From NCBI GenBank assembly GCA_963793265.1, contig CAWBZI010000001.1, positions 576,001 to 640,000 on the forward strand: 64,000 nt of DNA. The letters run 5' to 3'. The position numbers and the translations under genes are program-made. Below the pieces are notes generated by a model. The model did no database searches and was not told the origin of the DNA. It saw only the letters and a list, made by a program, of their open reading frames with translations. Origin of the DNA: an uncultured cyanobacterium (lineage in GTDB: Bacteria; Cyanobacteriota; Cyanobacteriia; Phormidesmidales; Phormidesmidaceae). Position 1 is the stretch's first letter. Every line of letters begins with the position of its first letter. This document shows positions 59,493 to 64,000 of this stretch, one piece after another.

Positions 59493-59915
59493 TCAGCTAG
59501 CCGCAGACCTGTTCTTACTTTTGGCCTTCGGCGCTGGGTTTCTCGGTGCTTTTTTATCGGCAGGCGTTGCGATCGCCTTGCCTTCGGGCTCAACACTATC
59601 TTTACTAGCAGCTTCAACAGGAGCCGTCTGCTTGCTAGCAGAACCAGCCACGGCCTTAGAACTACCGCTAGAACCATTGACAGCATTATTCTGAGCAGGT
59701 CGCCGCTTACTCGCCTTTTTAGCAGGCGCTTCAACCTCTACCAGCTCAAACTCTGCGAAGTTATTGGTATTTACGCCTGAGTAGTTCACTTTACTAAAGC
59801 GCACCACCACCGGATACTTAATGCCGCTTTGATCCACAGAGGCCACAGAGCCAATCTCTCTGTACCAATAGGACTCAGGACGCAGAATCCTTACCTTAGA
59901 GCCACGCTGAACCAT
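59493..59915 (-). CDS. psaE: Photosystem I subunit IV, paralog with long low-complexity C-terminal extension
   Basis: [18 protein letters not shown]...[20 protein letters not shown] followed by an Ala/Lys/Ser/Pro-rich tail; 140 aa. Confidence 0.9.
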   Translation of the reverse strand: MVQRGSKVRILRPESYWYREIGSVASVDQSGIKYPVVVRFSKVNYSGVNTNNFAEFELVEVEAPAKKASKRRPAQNNAVNGSSGSSKAVAGSASKQTAPVEAASKDSVEPEGKAIATPADKKAPRNPAPKAKSKNRSAAS

Positions 59916-60049
59916 TATTAATCATTCTCAATAGCTATCAACCCTCTCGCCAAGCACCTCAAGAACTGCCTATCTCTTGCAGAAGAGTCAAGCAGTTTTT
60001 GAGAGCGTTGAAACAAGCATCCAAATACAAGGGCACTCGGTTCTTTTTC

Positions 60050-60280
60050 TTACTTAGCCGCAGGCGTTTTTTTCATTGGTTTCTTAGCAGGAGCCTCAAC
60101 TTCTACGACTTCAGCTTCTGAAAAGTTATTCGTGTTCACACCCGCGTAGTTGACCTTATTAAAGCGCACCACAACAGGGTATTTGATGCCGCTTTGGTCT
60201 ACTGATGCGACAGCGCCAACTTCCCGATACCAGTAGGACTCGGGGCGGAGAATTCTGACCTTAGAACCACGCTGAACCAT
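60050..60280 (-). CDS. psaE: Photosystem I subunit IV (canonical length, 76 aa)
   Basis: [18 protein letters not shown]...[14 protein letters not shown] at 60280. Confidence 0.96.
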   Translation of the reverse strand: MVQRGSKVRILRPESYWYREVGAVASVDQSGIKYPVVVRFNKVNYAGVNTNNFSEAEVVEVEAPAKKPMKKTPAAK

Positions 60281-60579
60281 GAATACTAGCCCTCTTAAAA
60301 CATTAGATAGAACCGTCGCAACGTAAACCATCGCGCACCTTCTAAGGTTACTACTCTGTCGGAGAGAAGCCTCGGTTTTACTGTTTAAGTTTTATTGCTG
60401 CGAAACGATAATTTTTACAAAGAACGTTCATTTCACAATGCCTACTGACCCAAGATTCCTATCACTAACCGCCACTAGGTAATACGCCTCCAAAAGAAAA
60501 AGCTACCGAACGACGCTAGAGATCGTTTCGATAGCTTCAACCAGTCGCTGTAAGAGAGCAGACCTTGTAGAACTAACCG

Positions 60580-61617
60580 CTACACAGCATTAGGTACAGG
60601 CACTCGGAAGCCAGGCAGTACAACCTGAGACACCACATCGGCAGGCTGCAATAGCAGAGAGTCTGGAACGCTACCCTGTGCGGGCTGTAAAGGATTGGCC
60701 GTAGCCGGAGGGGCTGCTAGTAGAGGCGTTGTTCGAGCAGTCGGCACAAATGCAGTAGGAATACTCACCGCAGGCGTCGTGGCTACTGGCTCTTCAGCAG
60801 CTTCATTACTGCTACCACCAGAAATAGGCCGGGAAACTTCGATGCCATTCTCTTCTAGAATCACCCGAGGCTCAAAGGCGATTGTTTCAATGCGCTTGAC
60901 CCGAACATTGCCACCGCCGAGGCGATCGCCCACCTTCACATATCTTTCTGGCTCACTACCGGAGCGCACAATTGCATAGGGCTCATCGCCTAGCTGAATA
61001 ATGCCAGAAACCGAAATTGTCGGTGCAATAATAGGCTGCGGAATTGAAGGAAGTGCCGCAATAGGAGAGGGTAATACTAGCGGTTCATTAGGTGGCTGTA
61101 CGCGCACAGGTGGAGGTGTTGGCGCGGGCCGAGCGGCGACAGGCCGAGCCGTATTTCCACCAGATCCATTGCTAGCTCCACTGCCAGATCTATTTGCCGT
61201 GCGTCCACTGGAATTTCCGCCGCTTGGGTTTCCGCCACCAGAACCATTGCGAGCTGCTGCAACAGCATCGGGTGAAAGAACAACAGCATCGGGGGTTGGT
61301 GGGATTGGCAAACTGGCGAAGGGATCGACTCGGCTACGGGCGATCGCTCTAGCCCGAGCCGCCGGGTCAGTCGAACTAATCAAATCAACCGTAACCGTTC
61401 CGGCAGGCTGAGAGCCCTCTACAGTCGGGTCTTCGAAAGCTTCGGCATCTTCTGAAGCCTCTTCACCTAGCTGAGAGATAGAGTTTGGAATGGCCTCTAG
61501 AGCCTCTCCAGACTCAACAGACTCCACGATATCGACAACCGTGTTGCCGTCACGGTTGAAAAATTGGCAACCCGTCAACGGAATCGTTGCCAGTGAGATA
61601 AGCAGCAAACGCCGCAT
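60580..61617 (-). CDS. Lipoprotein with PilP/GspC-like features
   Basis: Lipobox LTGC, RVDPF motif, Pro/Gly linker, beta domain VSGIIQLGDEPYAIV...YVKVGDRLGGGNVRVKRIE. Confidence 0.65.
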   Translation of the reverse strand: MRRLLLISLATIPLTGCQFFNRDGNTVVDIVESVESGEALEAIPNSISQLGEEASEDAEAFEDPTVEGSQPAGTVTVDLISSTDPAARARAIARSRVDPFASLPIPPTPDAVVLSPDAVAAARNGSGGGNPSGGNSSGRTANRSGSGASNGSGGNTARPVAARPAPTPPPVRVQPPNEPLVLPSPIAALPSIPQPIIAPTISVSGIIQLGDEPYAIVRSGSEPERYVKVGDRLGGGNVRVKRIETIAFEPRVILEENGIEVSRPISGGSSNEAAEEPVATTPAVSIPTAFVPTARTTPLLAAPPATANPLQPAQGSVPDSLLLQPADVVSQVVLPGFRVPVPNAV

Positions 61618-61802
61618 GTGGTGTTCCCTCCCAGGACTGGTTAATCAAAAGGAATCGCAAACGCCTTACAAAATCTTTATCGGGTCGTCGCTAGCTTAGA
61701 GTAGACACAATTCACTTGAAAACTAACGTCCTGGGCAAAGAATGTAGCAAATTAGATTGAAACGTCCGGCGGCTACGCCTGATACTGCCTCCGCCTACCG
61801 AA

Positions 61803-62582
61803 CTAAGCCTCTTCAGCCGGTCGCATAATCACCTGCAAGTGCTTAAGTCCTTTCTTAACCCGGCGAGACACCGTGACTGAGCTAATGCCCAAGCGTTCAG
61901 CCGTTTCCTTCTGCGTAAGATCGTGCAAAAACACAAACTCCACCACTTCTCGGGTGCGTTTCTCTAGCTGAGAGAGTGCCTGATGCAGCCGAATCTGGTC
62001 TTCTTGGGCGAGCTGAAAGCTTCGGTAGCGAGAGTCGGGGAGCAAGTCACCTAAAGACGACGCGCCACCATCGTTTTCTTTAATCGGAGCGTCCAAACTC
62101 AAAAGATTGCGGTTGCTGCTAGCAATTCTGACCTGCTGCCATTCTTCCACACTAATCTCAAGCTCATCAGCAACCTCTTGATCGCTAGGTCTGCGGTTCA
62201 GATTTTCTTGCAGGTGACGAATAGCCCTAGCTGACTGATTTTGTAAGGTTTGCCAGCGCCGAGGAATGCGAACTACAGTACCTTTGTCTCTCAAGTAGTG
62301 CTGAATTTCGCCGCGAATGTAAGGGATGGCAAAAGAGCTGAAGGCAAATCCTTTTTGGAGGTCAAAGCGTTCAATCGCGCGGATTAAGCCTAAGCTGCCT
62401 ACCTGCATTAAGTCGTCAAAGGTTTCTCCAGAGCTGTGCAGCCAGCGATGAGCTTCTCGGCGGACAAGGCCAATATTCATCTGCACTAAACGGTTTCTAA
62501 GCTGTGGTGAAGGGTCTTTGTGATAAGTCGTTAAAATTTCAAGAGATTGGTTTTTAATAACTTGATTCGACGAAGAATGCAT
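61803..62582 (-). CDS. sigF: Group 3 RNA polymerase sigma factor SigF
   Basis: LRNRLVQMNIGLVRREAH, DLMQVGSLGLIRAIERF, FAIPYIRGEIQHYLRDK, DLTQKETAERLGISSVTVSR. Confidence 0.93.
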   Translation of the reverse strand: MHSSSNQVIKNQSLEILTTYHKDPSPQLRNRLVQMNIGLVRREAHRWLHSSGETFDDLMQVGSLGLIRAIERFDLQKGFAFSSFAIPYIRGEIQHYLRDKGTVVRIPRRWQTLQNQSARAIRHLQENLNRRPSDQEVADELEISVEEWQQVRIASSNRNLLSLDAPIKENDGGASSLGDLLPDSRYRSFQLAQEDQIRLHQALSQLEKRTREVVEFVFLHDLTQKETAERLGISSVTVSRRVKKGLKHLQVIMRPAEEA

Positions 62583-62809
62583 ATATTAAAGAGCCTGTAA
62601 TTATCAGTTAAGGACTCTTGGCAGATGGGACAAGGCACACCTACTAGGCGACTCTGACTGAGCAACTTCAATCACAAGATCTGGAGCTAACCAGGACTTG
62701 AAAGCGCCTGTAGCAGAGGATACCAAGTTGACCCATCTAGCCTAATCAACGCCTCTTGCTCAAGCAATTGGGTTTCTACGGAATCAGACGGCTTAGAATG
62801 TGACCGCAC

Positions 62810-62842
62810 AAAAAAGAGGACATCTTGGTAGATGTCCTCTTT
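62810..62842 (-). terminator. Terminator of psbO
   Basis: Perfect stem AAAGAGGACATCT/AGATGTCCTCTTT with a minus-strand U-tract. Confidence 0.8.
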
Positions 62843-62902
62843 AAGGGGTGCGCTTTGCTAAAAAGCGGCTAACTGTAGCTGACTAGAGACAAGTGGCTGA
62901 AC

Positions 62903-63739
62903 TTAAGCGTCTTGACTAGACTCAATGCGACCGTAGAATACGCCTTGCAAGCGGACGTCATCGGCTGCGGCCGTTCCCATATCTGTATCAGAAGGCTGCT
63001 CGGAAATGAACGTACCGCCAACTTCACCCGTTTTGCTATCTACTTTAGAAATTTGCAAAGAGATATTGCCTCTACCCACATCAAAGGCTTTGACGTTCTC
63101 TCGGCTCAAATCAACCGCATCAGCACGAGCAGGTAGGGCAACTGCGTTGTCGTATCCCGTGGTCAAACCGCGCGCTTTAGGATCTAAGAAGTTAGAAGTA
63201 CGGTAGGAAGGAACGCGAAAATCACCCTCAAAATCGGTGGAGGTGGTAATAGCGTTAAGCCCAGGCTGAGACTTAGCCTTTAGCCCTTTGATAGTAAAGA
63301 GGAAAGGAATTTGGTCACCGCCAGGAAGCAGTACGGTAATCGGCTGGAAGTCCATACCTAGCTTTTCGTCGAAGACTAAGCTACCGTCATCCTGAAGCTT
63401 GATATCACCGCTGACCTGCTCTAGAGAAGTGGTGTAGCGAGTGAGTGATTTACCGGCTACAAACTCAGCTTCTTTGCGCTGATTAGGTGACTCTTGCTTT
63501 ACAAAGAAGCTGGTAGGCTCCATGCAAAGGTCAACGAGTTGATAGGCCACACCGGATTCGATGGGGATTTGGCCACGACGGGTTTCGTCTACCTGAGGGC
63601 AGCTATTGGCAAGCCCTGTATTACGAATTTCGTCATAGGTCAGTGGAATGTTGCTAGTTGCGCTAGGCGCTTCGCTACAGGCCGTTAGGACACCTAAGCA
63701 AAGGGCAAAAAACGCAGCTAGCAGAGCGCGATACCTCAT
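62903..63739 (-). CDS. psbO: Photosystem II manganese-stabilizing protein
   Basis: LTYDEIRNTGLANSCP, GMDFQPITVLLPGG, VPSYRTSNFLDPKARG, QPSDTDMG. Confidence 0.97.
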   Translation of the reverse strand: MRYRALLAAFFALCLGVLTACSEAPSATSNIPLTYDEIRNTGLANSCPQVDETRRGQIPIESGVAYQLVDLCMEPTSFFVKQESPNQRKEAEFVAGKSLTRYTTSLEQVSGDIKLQDDGSLVFDEKLGMDFQPITVLLPGGDQIPFLFTIKGLKAKSQPGLNAITTSTDFEGDFRVPSYRTSNFLDPKARGLTTGYDNAVALPARADAVDLSRENVKAFDVGRGNISLQISKVDSKTGEVGGTFISEQPSDTDMGTAAADDVRLQGVFYGRIESSQDA

Positions 63740-64000
63740 GGTCAACCTCAAGATTCTGTTAAATATTTGAAAACGGCAAAGGGAATTTAGTTATTCATTT
63801 TACACCGCAACCGCCCGGTTCTGAACGGTTTCTTCAGCTTTACCCGGCGACGATATAGCGGCTGGCTAGCAGCTAGCTTGCATGAGCAGGCGGCGATCAC
63901 GTAGGCTCCGATAGACTGTCGTACGATTGAAAGAACATAAACTAAAGTTACAAAACTACAAAGTCTTAGTTTAAAAAAAGCTAAAAAAAGCCTTAATCAA

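Larger units (their letters stand above)
1..64000. repeat. HIP1 octamer GCGATCGC dispersed throughout
   Basis: Dozens of occurrences in coding and intergenic DNA, for example near 255, 2978, 4704, 14194, 24009 and 49721. Confidence 0.95.

Noticed and set aside
302..63688. Many short antisense or alternative-frame ORFs in the track nested within long genes
   Set aside because: Shadow ORFs of well-supported genes with no recognisable motifs.

Overview
Chromosomal window from a cyanobacterium, shown by dense HIP1 octamers (GCGATCGC), psbO, two psaE, ndhO, an hli gene and sigF. No heterocyst genes lie in the window, and a non-heterocystous lineage is only my inference. Core genes are sulP, pstS with a Pho box, map, rplS-tRNA-Trp-secE-nusG-rplKAJL, tlyA, coaE, cobA/hemD, a type II NADH dehydrogenase, lysC, gyrA, ppk1 and mutM. 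An accessory signalling block spans about 10.3-32.7 kb. It holds a complete Wsp-like chemosensory operon whose WspR-type receiver is fused to a histidine kinase instead of a GGDEF domain, and this operon is divergent from a dockerin/Ig/beta-propeller surface protein. It also holds an HTH-NB-ARC protein with no sensor repeats, a Ser/Thr kinase lacking the Gly-loop, an orphan membrane-anchored sugar-binding protein, and a DUF928-DUF928-CHASE2/GGDEF/EAL module. Reading outside the ORF track gave two tandem NsiR1-like sRNA units with identically spaced TCCTGA (DIF1-like) promoters, four small proteins (PCP_red-like, Hli, AtpTheta-like and a 39-aa membrane peptide coupled to lysC), a shared ECF promoter motif, a MITE-like element and a 1-bp frameshift in map. 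All family assignments come from motif recognition by eye; no searches were run.
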